From the human T2T-CHM13v2.0 reference genome, Homo sapiens, in the NCBI RefSeq assembly GCF_009914755.1, contig NC_060937.1: DNA of 64,000 bases. The stretch is one strand, 5' to 3'. Below the pieces are notes generated by a model, which saw nothing but the letters and a program-made list of their open reading frames with translations, was not told where the DNA came from and made no database searches. The translations under genes were made by a program, and so were the position numbers. This document shows, in pieces, positions 15,446 through 27,889 of the stretch; the stretch's first letter is position 1, and each line of letters opens with the position of its first letter.

Positions 15446-16230
15446 CAGTCAGCCTTCTGTATATGTGGATCTGCATCTGTGAATTCAACAAAAAAATTCC
15501 ACAAGTTCCAAAAACCAAAGAACTTTTCACGCACCAAGTACTACATTGAGTTCACATGAAATGATGTGTAGGTATTGTATCAGGTATTAAAAGTAACCTA
15601 GAGCCGGGTGTGGTGGCTCATGCCTGTAATCCCAGCACTTTGGGAGGCTGAGGCAGGCGGATCACAAGGTCAGGAGATCAAGACCATCCTGGCCAACATG
15701 ATGAAACCCCATCTCTACTAAAAATACAAAAAATTAGCCAGGCGTGGTGGCGGGCACCTGTAGTCCCAGCTACTCGGGAGGCTGAGTCAGGAGAATGGCG
15801 TGACCTGGGTGGTAGAGCTTGCAGTGAGCTGAGAGCGCACCACTGCACTCCAGCCTGGGCGACAGAGCTTGACTCTGTCTCAATTTAAAAAAAAAAAAAT
15901 TAGCTGGGTGTGGCGGCGGGCACCTGTAATCCCAGCCACTTGAGAGGCCGAGGCATGACAATCGCTTGAACCCAGGAGGTGGAGGCTGCAGTGAGCTGAG
16001 TGAGATCGTGCCACTGCACTCCAGCCTGGTGACAGAGTGAGACTGTCTCAAAAAACAAACAAACAAACAAAAAAAGTAACCTAGAGATGATTAAAGTATG
16101 CAGGAAGATATGTGTAGGTTATATGCAAATACCATGTCATACCATTTTATATAAGGAACTTGAGCATCAGTGCATTTTGGAATCTGCAGAAGGTGCTGGA
16201 ACCAATTTCCCACGGATCCCATGGCACTAT
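15446..16230 (-). mobile_element. MER2-family (TcMar-Tigger) DNA transposon interrupted by Alu
   Basis: cagtcagccttctgtat...; ggttatatgcaaatac...ttttatataaggaacttgagcatc...ctggaaccaatttcccacggat is reverse-complement MER2. Confidence 0.8.
15603..16075 (+). mobile_element. Alu with an extra right arm (1.5-mer) inside one TSD aaaagtaacctagag
   Basis: Left arm, right arm (Y-like ggagaatggcgtg), A-run, then a second right arm; TSD at 15589-15603 and 16072-16086. Confidence 0.9.
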
Positions 16231-16371
16231 ATGTATTGTTGAAAGAAAATAAACCTATACCCACTGGTGTAGATTTATGTTTTTTACTAGTATGATCAAA
16301 CACAATTTAAAAAGTTTTCTTTTTACCAAATCCTTAACATCTGCGTAGATGAATTTAAAAGATTATAAACT

Positions 16372-16701
16372 GGCCAGACGCAGTGGCATGCGCCTATAAT
16401 CCCAGCACTTTGGGAGGCCAAGGCAGGTGGATCACCTGAGGTCAGGAGTTTGAGACCAGCCTGGCCAACATGGTGAAACCTTGTCTCTATTAAAAATACA
16501 AAAATTAGCCTGGCATGGTGACAGCACATGCCTGTAGTCCCAACTACTTGCCCAGCTACTTGGATGGTTGAGGTAGGAGAATAGCTTGAACCCAGGAGGA
16601 GGAGGTTGCAGTGAGCCAAGATGGTGTCACTGTACTCCAGCCTGGTTGACAGAGTGAGACTCCATCTCAAAAAAAAAAAAAAAAAAAAGAAAGAAAGAAA
16701 A
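16372..16701 (+). mobile_element. Alu (AluSx-like)
   Basis: Full dimer; TSD agattataaa. Confidence 0.94.
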
Positions 16702-17009
16702 CGAGATTATAAATCTACTTTTCTGAACTTCACATATGCCAGGTGTTCCAAGTTCTACAATACCTCAAAGCCAAGAAACTAACTGCTCACTTTCCCAGCC
16801 GTCATGGTGAACTGAATCATTTTCTACATGGCTCTTCTCATTTCTTTCTGAATGCACTATTTAAAGACTTCCAGCTGAATAGATTCTGCAGGATCTTTCT
16901 ATGGGTTAGGAATATGGTCTGCATAGGAACTGGCCCAAATATTCCTCACTGGACATTGCTATCAGCATGAACCAGATCCCAGTGTTTGGGGCTCTATCAG
17001 CAAGTAGGT

Positions 17010-17104
17010 CTATACATACTGGAAGCAGGTGACGGGAATGTTAAGGGAAAGGGGGGCTGATGAAAGATGAGAAATAATAAATGGAAGAAAAAAAAGTCTC
17101 TTAC
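17010..17104 (-). CDS. FLT1: sFLT1-i14 tail (intron 14 read-through)
   Basis: In-frame (G)KRLFFLPFIISHLSSAPLSLNIPVTCFQYV-TAG, giving 736 aa in total; consistent with my recollection of a reported exon-14-extension sFLT1 variant. Confidence 0.7.
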
Positions 17105-17251
17105 CAGGCTCTTGTTGTATTTTGTGGTTGTTTTTAAACCAAGTGATCTGAGGCTCGGGGACACCATTAGCATGACAGTCTAAAGTGGTGGAACTGCTGA
17201 TGGCCACTGTGTGATCACTGAGGTTTCGCAGGAGGTATGGTGCTTCCTGAT
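17105..17251 (-). CDS. FLT1: FLT1 exon 14 (147 nt; first half of Ig-like domain 7)
   Basis: TAG|AT CAG GAA; DQEAPYLLRNLSDHTVAISSSTTLDCHANGVPEPQITWFKNNHKIQQEP; donor G|GTAAGA. Confidence 0.99.
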
Positions 17252-17719
17252 CTAGTGAAGAAAGAAAGGGAGCTGTGATTACTCGTCAACTTTATTCTTG
17301 TATTGTCTATGCATATCAACATTTAAAATATACAGAGAAACAGCAAAACTCAACTATTAGGTTTCATTTTCATTTGTTCACTTTCTCTTCAATCATTAAC
17401 CTGCTGCTTCTACTTTAATAAGATGCTACGATAAATTGAAATTTATTACAACACAGTGAAATCAAGGACTAGATTTTGTATTTTTAGATTTCAATACAAA
17501 GGCTTTTGCCTAGCTAGCTAGTTTCCTTCCTTTTTTTGAGAGGAGCTTTTCTAAAACTCAAGGATTTTGCATAATAGTTTAGAAGCTATAAATCAAAAAC
17601 ATGATTTTGTGTATAGTCTTGTAATGATTTTTATATAAATATATAGTGCTGTAGTGATAGGCTAATATAATTTTGTGTGAGTTTTGATTGATGTATTTGT
17701 GGGGGCGTGTTTGTGTTAC

Positions 17720-18023
17720 TCAACTGTCAGTAACCTAAGTTGTAAGGCAGCAGACCAAACAGGAGAATTTCTTGAACTTTGAAAGCTTTATTGGTTCTTT
17801 CCTTTCTCCATTCCCTTCCCAAATGCAAGCAACCAAAGAATTAATTCAAGAGGCAGAGGCACAGATTTGTAGTTTTTGCACTATATAATAGTACAAATAT
17901 TGTATTTTATATTATTTTCTCTTAAAACATACAAATATGATACAATACAATTTATTTTAATAAAATGCCAACCAATATAGTACAACAAAATGAATTCAAT
18001 ACATTAAGATGCAATACATTACA
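17720..18023 (-). promoter_or_regulatory. Distal sFLT1-i13 poly(A) site: UGUA cluster, AATAAA and GU-rich downstream element
   Basis: Eight TGTA (plus-strand taca at 17892, 17930, 17941, 17946, 17981, 18000, 18015, 18020); AATAAA at 17951-17956 and 17787-17792; TGTTTGGTCTGCTG downstream of the second. Confidence 0.75.
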
Positions 18024-21000
18024 ACATTAAAATCCCACATAAGAACAGCAGTACCCCCAAGGCCCCCAATGAGTACAGTATATCTCTAATGAAGTAGTCA
18101 GTCAGTCCTGCTGATGTGTATACATTCTAGTTAGGAGGGTACTGGATTGGTAGCTAAAGCTTCCAAGGTAAAAAATAAAAACAACTCCTAATGTCTTTCC
18201 CACCCTCCCAAGTCATTCCTTTCCCCTCTTGTTGGAAATCCTGGAACAGAAATCAAAAGAGTTTTGGCATAACTGACACGTTCTCTGTCACTGTCTTCAA
18301 TTATACAGTATGAGCTTTCTCTGCCCATTTTCGATTTCCTCATCTTAGTGTACTAAAACTGTGAAGGCAGCTTAGGAGTGATGACAATGCTACAAAGATG
18401 ATACATTGCAATGGCCTTAATTCCATGTCCCTGCAGGGTTCTGCCACGTCCCAAAACCTTTCCCTTTTGAGTCCTGCAGGGCAACTCTCAGGATTAGCAT
18501 TTGTTAAAGCAATTTAGAAATCCCAGGTTAAAATGTATATTATCACATAACTTTTATAACATTGTTGAAGTAGTATATCATGGCAGGGTTACTATCTGTT
18601 AGGAGAAACAGATTTCTCAATAAATTTTGATTTCTACAGTTTATCATTAGTCTTCTCATTTTATAAAAAATGAAAACTGAAGGCAAAAAAGTGTGCTGAA
18701 GGAAGTGCTCTGATGTACAAAAACTTCTTCAAACTAGTGTAGAATGAATGATAGCAATGATTCTTTTGCCTCTTTGAGCATGTCTTTCCTATCTTATCTT
18801 GCCCACTAAGCAGAACGTTACGATATTTCTGTTTTTGCATTGGATGCTATCTGCCAAACAGCTTTTCCTAATTGAAAATGCAGTCCTGTTTAAAACCTTT
18901 GATTTACGACTACTTGTACATGCTTGCTCATTACAATTTTGACATTTTTTACATAGTGAAGACCCCAAACATATCAGTGAAACATGACAAGATCATAAAG
19001 AACAGTATCATATTATTATTTAGTCGCTTTTACAGTGGCAAGCCAATTTTGAAATATCTCATTTAAAACTCAGACCCAATTCACTGAGTTATACTTTTAA
19101 TAGCTTCCTCAGCACACTATTTCCCATGCATTAAATATGATAAAATAATCTATCACTGCCCATCGGTCTTGTAAAAAGGAAGTCTGAATACAGAGCCCAC
19201 AACACTAAAATTGTTTTTCTAGCTACAAAGTATAGCATCATCAACACAGACACGATTTGGACTCCCTGACAGGTGGATTGGAAAACGGTGTTTAAAGAGA
19301 AGAGAACATTTTAACATAAATGTCATTAAGAATCCCAAAGGCCTTATTTGTACTACACAAACTTCAGATGATAGAAGCAGCAAAAAGGCTGCAGAACGTA
19401 CATGGGACTCTCAATTAAATACAAGGTTCACATAAACACTCTGAAATATACAGTAATATGCATTTTTCTTTGTACCCATTTCTGAAAAATGTTCTACATT
19501 AAAAGTCTCACTTTTGGCTAGTTTCTAAATGACCAATCAACCCAAGAATCATATTTTGTCAATTCTTACTTTATACATTATAATAATCTATTTTGACATT
19601 TTGAATAAGGGAGGTGCGTTGAACCCATATTTCGAAACCTAAGTTACTTGATGGAAGTAGGTAGTGGCTTTCCAAAATTTAACAGTGTAGCTGATCCCTT
19701 CAAATTGAGAAAATCAGAATTAACAGACATTTCTGCTGGTTATCAGTAGCCAAAGATAGCTGCCCACCAGGTTCTTTCACTTTTCAGTGTTATGGCCCCA
19801 GAGATCTGCCAGGTCACATAAATACACAGCTTCTATCCTCCGTTTGGAATGGGGACTGAGGAACCAGCCTCACACCCCCTGTTCCATTTCAATTATTCCC
19901 CATTTTAGGCTCCTTTTTTCTTCTTTTTTTTTTCTCCCCCCTCCGTTATCTTCACCTCCCTTCATACCCCAGGGTAACATACCCCTAGGGTAACTAATAA
20001 AAAACAAAACCCACCCAAAAGTTTCTTTAAAAAAAAAAAAAAAAAGACTCTCCGGAAGGATTAATTACACAGTGAACAACTAATACTCTATGGAATTCTT
20101 AAACTCATCTCTTGGAAGTTCTTAAAATCATCTTTTGTAAATACTAACATCCTCCCCTCCCCACAAAAATTGCAAACAGGGGAAGGAAATGGTAGGTTCT
20201 GCATGTCCAATTCACCATTTTGTTTTCATAAGGATCCCTCAATCATTCTGTTTGCTTTTTTAATGTTAGCAACTATTAAGGCCCCCATGTTCTATGGTAT
20301 TAAGGCATTGTTTCCTGAAGGAACACACTAACTTATAATGAACAAAGAAGCCAGGCCAAAGAGCCATAGGTAAAATTTCAAGATACAATTGATTTTTCTT
20401 TCCTTTGGGCTGACAACTTCCAGGTTACTAATTGTTTTCAGAGCATTTGGGGCTCCATAAAACTGGCATTCTGGGGAAATGCTATTGTTTACTCTTTCAC
20501 GTTTGACAAAAGCAATTCCCACGTGAAAGACAAGTTTAGCCGTGGGACAGAATCTGTTACCTAAAGGAGGAAACAGTCTGGTGAGTTCCCAAGCTTGAGA
20601 AGTTGTCATATTGTCACCTCCTATTGAACTGCCCAGCCACTGTGTTTCTCAGCCATGGCTATTTTGGTCATTATAGTTTTTTTTTTTAAATAGTTTATGC
20701 AAGTCACATATAATGATCAATCATAAATAAAAACAACAGAACAATGCATACTAAATTGGTGAAAAAGTCATTTTCCCTCAAACGCAAGCTTAAAACAAGA
20801 GATTACAACTTCTCTTGATTTAAAACTGGTGTGTATTTTTTTAATTACTTTGAATTCTGCTTCTGTAGTTTTGCCGCTTCTTAATCCCCATAAAAATCCT
20901 ATTAACATTTGCATATGGGGAAAGTGGACTTTTTTAAAGGGCAAATTTTAAATTTACATTTAGAAGAATGCATTAAATCTCTGGTTACAATAGCCTTTAT

Positions 21001-21909
21001 TTCCTTGATAAATTGATTGTGGTACACCTTTGAATGCTGTCATTTTAACATGATGAAGTTCCTTAAAATAATAACCAGAGGACAGGAATATTTAAAATTA
21101 AGGCATGATCCACTTTCTTTCAGCTGCCATCAATAGCTGTGTGGTGCAGTCAGAGACAGCAAGGAGCAAACCCTTTGCTAGGCTAGTCTACTGTGGCACT
21201 AACTGCATAATTACCTGGATCGCATGAGAGGAGGGAGGGGACGTTGATTTGGATGGACTCTTATAATTCACACTGCGATAAACCTTTACTATCTCTGAAT
21301 TACACCAACATCTTGCACCCCTGGGGCCCATTTTAGAAGCTCCAGTTCAAGATAAATGTGCTTAACGTAAAAAAAAAAAAAGCATTTTCAAATAAATAAG
21401 CATTATAACTTGCTATCCAGGTGCTATTTACAAATCAAGAGCAGATGAAATAGTCCCAAATAAAACCAGGCAGAAGTCCGACAGAGTCTCAAATTCAACT
21501 GTACTCATTCTGAGCTGGAAAATTAACTTATTCGTGTCCATCTTTGGCAGAAACCAGCATTTGTTTAAATTATTCAGTTTGTGCAGCTTCAACACTTAAA
21601 AATAAAAAGAGGTTGGCATCAAAATGGAAGGAAAGGATCATCCCAAGTTGTTGTTTATCAGGCAGGAGAAAACAGCAAGAGCAACAAACACAGAGAAGGC
21701 AGTGCAGGGATCCTCCAAATCCAAACGTGCACCAAGTCGGCCCCCCGGAGCAGCCCCCTCGGCCTGAATGGGGGGCCCAGAGCTGGAGCCCGGGGGTCTC
21801 ATTATTACTGCTATCATCTCCGAACTCATTTTGGGAGGAGCATCTCCTCCGAGCCTGAAAGTTAGCAACAGTGACAATAAATCAAGATGATATGAGACAA
21901 CTGTTACTT

Positions 21910-21927
21910 TTTAATGAGTCCTTTAAT
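21910..21927 (-). promoter_or_regulatory. Proximal sFLT1-i13 poly(A) signals (2x ATTAAA)
   Basis: Plus-strand tttaat at 21922-21927 (overlapping the stop codon) and 21910-21915; U-rich sequence follows on the minus strand. Confidence 0.7.
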
Positions 21928-22017
21928 GTTTTACATTACTTTGTGTGGTACAATCATTCCTTGTGCTTTTAAATTTGGAGATCCGAGAGAAAACAGCCTT
22001 TTTGTTGCAGTGCTCAC
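21923..22017 (-). CDS. FLT1: sFLT1-i13 unique C-terminus (intron 13 read-through)
   Basis: In-frame continuation GEHCNKKAVFSRISKFKSTRNDCTTQSNVKH-TAA, the well-known 31-aa tail of soluble VEGFR-1. Confidence 0.97.
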
Positions 22018-22326
22018 CTCTGATTGTAATTTCTTTCTTCTGGAGGATTTCTTCCCCTGTGTATACATTCCTGGCTCTGCAGGCATAGGTGCCTGAATCT
22101 TGCAGGGAAACATTCATGATGGTAAGATTAAGAGTGATGGAGTGCTCCTTAGTGATGGCCATTTTTTGCTTGCTAATACTGTAGTGCATTGTTCTGTTAT
22201 TAACTGTCCGCAGTAAAATCCAAGTAACGTCTCTGTATAAGAACTTGTTAACTGTGCAAGACAGTTTCAGGTCCTCTCCTTCCGTCGGCATTTTTTCCAA
22301 GTTAACATGAAACCCATTTGGCACAT
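22018..22326 (-). CDS. FLT1: FLT1 exon 13 (309 nt; Ig-like domain 6)
   Basis: TAG|AT GTG CCA; DVPNGFHVNLEKMPTEGEDLKLSC...EEILQKKEITIR; donor G|GTGAGC. Confidence 0.99.
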
Positions 22327-22615
22327 CTATAAAATAAGAATAAAGAACTTCAGTTCACAGAAAAATCAGTGTCTTTTAATGAGATATTCAAAGATCTTAA
22401 GAATTGTTCGTGCACAAATTATCTCAGTATCCACATTAAAAAGGATGAGTATTTGGGGTAAATGAGCAAACACAGCAGGTGGGAATCAACTAAGTTCATT
22501 CCATCAGAAGTGAGGTAGGAAATGCAAAACAGAATAGTTATTAGGATGGCATTTTCTCCTGATTCACGTGAAGTTGCTCTTCAAAGTGGCATATTTTCTC
22601 CAACTTGGTTGTTAA

Positions 22616-22918
<303 letters not shown>

Positions 22919-23486
22919 TCATTTCCTATTTTTAAAATCATGTACAGTATTCCTACTGGCAAGTGACACTGGCAAGTGGGCAAAATAGTGAAGTAACATA
23001 AGAGCAATTCATCCTAAAAACCAAAGGCACACTTACGGTCAAACTTATCCAAAATAGTTTGCGAACAAGTGAGAATAGGAAGTCCTAGGTAAAGTGCCAA
23101 TCAATTCCACTTTAGTCCTAGACTTTTGCAGTGAGAAGCAACTGTTATTCACTATCCTCCTCCTGCTCCTGTCCCAGATTACTTGCCCTGGTCCAGCAAA
23201 GACCACAGTGGGCCAGTGGCACAGTGGGCCAGAGAGGAGCCCGCTGACTTACTCAGGACTTCTTTTATGGGGATGGTTCTATTCAGACCTGAGAGAGCAA
23301 AGATTTCTTCTGAAAATGCGGACAACTAATCTGGAAGAGTTGCCAGATTCTAAAATGGGGGTGATAGAGGGGTAAAGAGAATAATTTTAAAAATCAAATT
23401 TACTCTCTAACATATTTTAAACATGTTCTGAAGGTGGCTATGTCATTAAAAGCCATTTTCTCCAATGTCGATTCCCAGCTAATCTT

Positions 23487-23936
23487 TGTTATAAGAAAAT
23501 AAGTCTTGGGACCCCAAAATCACTAAGCTAAAGGGAAAAGTCAAGTTGAGAACTGCTTACGACAAACCTGCCTCCCATTCTCTTCAAAGTCATCCCTCTG
23601 CTCTCTGAGACAAATGCATACCTTATTGCCTCCTTTGGAAAGGCTAATCAGAAACTCAAAAGAATGCAACCGTTTTTCTCTCACCTATCTATGACCTGGA
23701 AGCCCCCTCCCCACTTCGAGTTGTCCTGCCTTTCCAGGCGGAACCAGTGTACATCTTACATATATTGATTGATGTCTCATGTCTCCTTGAAATGTATAAA
23801 ACCAAGCTGTACCTCAATCGCCACCTTGGGCACATGTTGTCAGGACCTCCTGAGGCTGTGTCACAGACATGTGTCCTTAACTTTGGCAAAATAAACTTCC
23901 TAAATTGACTGAGACCTGTCTCAGATATTTTGGGCA
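23487..23936 (+). mobile_element. Solo ERV1 LTR, MER4A/MER4A1-like
   Basis: TG...CA termini with near-identical 4-bp flanks (tctt/cctt); ccccaaaatcactaagctaaagggaaaagtcaag matches the MER4A1 start; TATAAAA at about 23795, AATAAA at 23890. Confidence 0.85.
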
Positions 23937-25800
23937 CCTTCATCTCCATCTCCCAGGTGTCTCTGTCAACACCCCATGAGCTCTTCCCCTCCGCATGCCT
24001 AACCTGGGCCATCAGTTCACTTTGGGGCTGAGAATTTCTTAGTATCATTTTGGCCCAGTCTCACGGGAGGATTTTAAAAAGTCTGCCGGCCCTGAACTGA
24101 CCCGCTCTCAAAACCTTCCCATTGCTTATTACTAGTGGTGTATCTGCATTTAAGCAAAGAATTTGGGCCAACATCTTACAAAGTGCTTTGAAGATGAAAA
24201 GCATTATGTTATGCTATTATTATTATTATACTTTGCACACAAAGCTATAAAGAAACCTTTAAACGTTAAGGGGACAATAGTCCAAAATTAGATATCATAT
24301 CAACTCTTTCCTAAATCTCACTTTGCTTGTTTTTCTGATTTTTCTGAGCTTTGGCTTTATTATAAAGTGTCACGTCTGAAGAAATGCCAAAGTATTCATT
24401 TGGAACCTGGGAGCAGGGCGTAACAGTGGCTTACGAAGCCGTCAGTGGCTGAGGAGAGAGGATACCAGTGGAGGTTTTCCTGCTTTTAAAATGAAAATCT
24501 AAGAATGTGCCAGAAGATGCAGGAGGGGCAGCTGACAGTCACTTTTAAGATAACAATAAGGTGTCAGAAATAGTTGCTCTAATTCAGCATCTTTTTATAT
24601 TTGGGCCATTTTCCAAGCATGAGGAGTAAAACATCAGCCATCAACTTTTACACAGATAGTAGAGCAGAGGTATTGTGCACTGGTTGCAATCAACTCTTAC
24701 AAGACCACAGACTTTCCATTTATGAGCTCTCATCCTGGTAGTTAGAACCCAAGTGAGCCCAAGTAACACCATTGAGATCGTGTAGAGAGTTTCTATTTAC
24801 TTTAGTGATTTGAAACTTCCTGTGGAAATAGCTCACAGGTTTCCTGATGGAAGATTTTGTTTATCTTTGCCAAGCACCACCAGGAATCTCAAAATAAAAT
24901 GCATTTAGTGACATTGGGAAACCAGGGAGATAAGGCAGTGCTGTTCCTGTTTCACCCTCAGTAATTGCTAACACACCCATAGTCATGCTGAGTGCCAGCA
25001 AAACAGCAAAAACACACACATAGGAAAAGCAAAGAACCAAATTCGTTTTGAGGCCTGTTTCTTATATAGGGGACATGGTCACTGAAGCTAATTTGTTATG
25101 TTATCAGACAGCCTTTTAGAAATGACTATTTCTCAGTCTCACCCCTTTGGTATTCTCTTTTGATCCATGGAAGATGATAAATAAAAATCCCAGAGGGATT
25201 TTTCTCCTTAATTCATGTTGACTTTTTTTTTTAGTCTGAGTACAAAAACAGACCCAAGAAAGAATTGCCTTCTAACCCTCAAAGTGAAAACAAGAAATCT
25301 TCCCACACTTAAGTATCTGTGGCGAATTCAGCACAGTCATCATCATTACCAAATAATACTCATCCATCTAACATATTATCACATCCATGGCATCTTATGA
25401 GGTGTCATGGAGAAGAATCAACCCTTGCTCAGAAGAGGCATTCAACCCAGGGTTAGACGAAAGTGTCATCTATTTATAAAGGTGCATACTTGGGGGTAGA
25501 TATTTCAACTCAATTGGATCAGGCATGTGCATTAAGTTCATGAAAGGGACAAGCATAGGAATTTAAAAGGACGCCAGGGATGTCATTTGTTGGGTAAAAA
25601 TAAAGAAGGCTCTACTGCCACCGAAGAGTGGAAATATTACTTAAAAAGAGAGTGAATGGTTACCAGGAAGTTCTGCTTGTTTCAAGTGGATGCTATGTAC
25701 AAGTGTGTGCCAAAGTTTGGAGTCGAAGCGGTCAAGGATTCTAATGGCCACAGTTTACCATTTTCATCAATTTGGAAGGCAACTCAAAAAAATTTTTGTG

Positions 25801-26108
25801 TTTGTTTTTGTTGTTGTTGTTGTTTTGAGGCAGGCTCTCGCTCTGACACTCAGGCTGGAGCATGGTGGTGCCATCATGGCTCACTGCAGCCTCGACCTCC
25901 TAGGCTCAAGTGATCTTCCCACCTCAGCCTCCCAAGTAGGTGGGAATACAGGCACGTGCCAGCAGGCCTAGCTAGTTTTTGTATTTTTTGTAGAGACAGG
26001 ATTTTGCCATGTTTCCCAGGCTGGTCTCAAACTCTTGTGCTCAAGCAATCTTCCCATCTCAGCCTCCCAAAGTGCTGGGATGACAGGCGTGAGCCATTGT
26101 GCTTGGCC
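25801..26108 (-). mobile_element. Alu (AluJ-like) with (ttg)n tail
   Basis: gctcactgcagcctcgacctcctaggctcaag diagnostic. Confidence 0.92.
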
Positions 26109-27593
26109 CCAAGTAACTGTATTTTAAAGAAGGGGCAACAGGATTGAAATGAGGACCAGTAAAGATCCAAATCTAGATAAGAAGAGCGTTAAAATTTTAG
26201 ACAGGCACTTTTAAAGCATTACCCTCACTGAGTCAAGTATAAACACTGAACAAATATATGTTCATTTTTTTCAAAAAATAAACATATGAGGTACAACATT
26301 CATGAGTCTTTACTCTCATCTCTAGTGACAAAGATTTGAGTGAGAGAAAGATAATAATTATTTAAAAACTAATAATGAACGTAAGCAAGTTAACCTAATA
26401 TCACAATCAAAACCAGAACTTTTCAGGACTGGTAGAAAAGGATTAAGGGAAAGTATATTCCAGGCAATGAGGGCTTGGTTGACTGGACTTGTGTCAGTTT
26501 TAAAGTTAAAGCTCTTGGATTTCTAGAGGAAAAGAACTGTGAGCTTCAAGTAGGTATGTCTGAATCGAATTCTCATTTTGTATGGATAAGCCTTGGGATC
26601 TAGAAGAGGTTTCCACCCCGCCATGGTTATACATTGTACAATATGGTGAGAGGTAGGAGGGAATTTCTGCCTGAATTCAGCAGGAGATCACCTTTATCAA
26701 CTTGGGCCCTTTCAGCAACAACACCATGGGTAGAAATATGATGCAGCGATGAGACTCTGGGCTAGCCAGAGGTTGGTGCTGTGACTAATGCTAGGCATCA
26801 GTTAGCTTTCATTGGGAACAGTGATTAATAAGGAAGTGAGCATGATGTTCCCCTTTTCTCTTAGCACATCCTCTTCCAGTACTGCCCTCAGACCCAGGCA
26901 AGAAGGATCCCTGTCGCAGCTCTGTTCTGGTCGCAGCTCTTCCCACAATGTGAAGAGTTTATGGGGCCAAGTGAGCATGCCTACCGACAGCCTGTGTCAC
27001 TCCATTCCTATATCATGATCCAGGTCCCTGGGATCTCAGAATTCCCTATAAGGCTGATTTAAATCTGCTTCTAGGTTGGCTCTTCCCTAGGTCTGGCCTC
27101 CTGAGATCAGACTGCTTGTCAGTATTCACACCTTTGGGTCTGTCCAGGCAGTGGCCAAAGGAGACTATCTGTGAGGGGCATGGGGAGAGCTTAGATGTGT
27201 GGGCTGGGAGACACCACACATGGTGCATGGCCCCTTGCAGTGTGGACAGGGTAAGGGGCGGAGAGGGGAGGTGGGTGATTTAGTTTTTCTGCATGGCCAG
27301 GTGCTGCCACAATCTGCTCTGGAATCTGAGTAGTCTCAGAGCTCTAAATTGATCCTGACCTCTCAGGTCATCATGAAAGTATATTTGTCCATAGGGGGCT
27401 AAAAGGTATTTAATGGCTTGTTTGCTTGATGTAGAACTTGTCAGTAGTTAGACGTATGGTTTGTGGGCCTCCACTGGTACTCTTGTCTTGGCTCTGAAAA
27501 TGTCAGGGCAAGTCTGTTTTCTTCTCTCCACCTATTCAAATCTCACCTTCTCTCTTCCTGTTCAGGTCCTGCTTCCTTCTCAGAGGCTTACAG

Positions 27594-27889
27594 CTGCACT
27601 GTCCAATATGGTAACTGTGAGCCACATGTGGCTTTTGAGCACTTGAAATGTGGCTACTGTGTCAGAGGAACTGAAGCATATTCAGTTTATTTGATTTTAT
27701 TTAAATTGATTTAAGTGTAAAAACTGAAGCAGTGTAATATTTTTAAAAAATACTGATTACATATTGAAATCACAATAGTTTGGATATATTGGGTTAAATA
27801 AAATTAATTTTACTTTTAAAAAAACGTGGTTACTAGAAAGTTTTAAATGGTATTTGTGGCTTATATTATATCTCTATTGGACAGTGGTG
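27594..27889. mobile_element. MER3/MER33-type hAT-Charlie DNA transposon
   Basis: Inverted termini ctgcactgtccaata and tattggacagtggtg; agccacatgtggcttttgagcacttgaaatgtggct core. Confidence 0.8.

Noticed and set aside
22563-22572. ttcacgtgaa palindrome (E-box/HRE-like) near exon 13, and similar ACGTG sites
   Set aside because: Single short motifs are expected by chance in 64 kb, and there is no supporting cluster.
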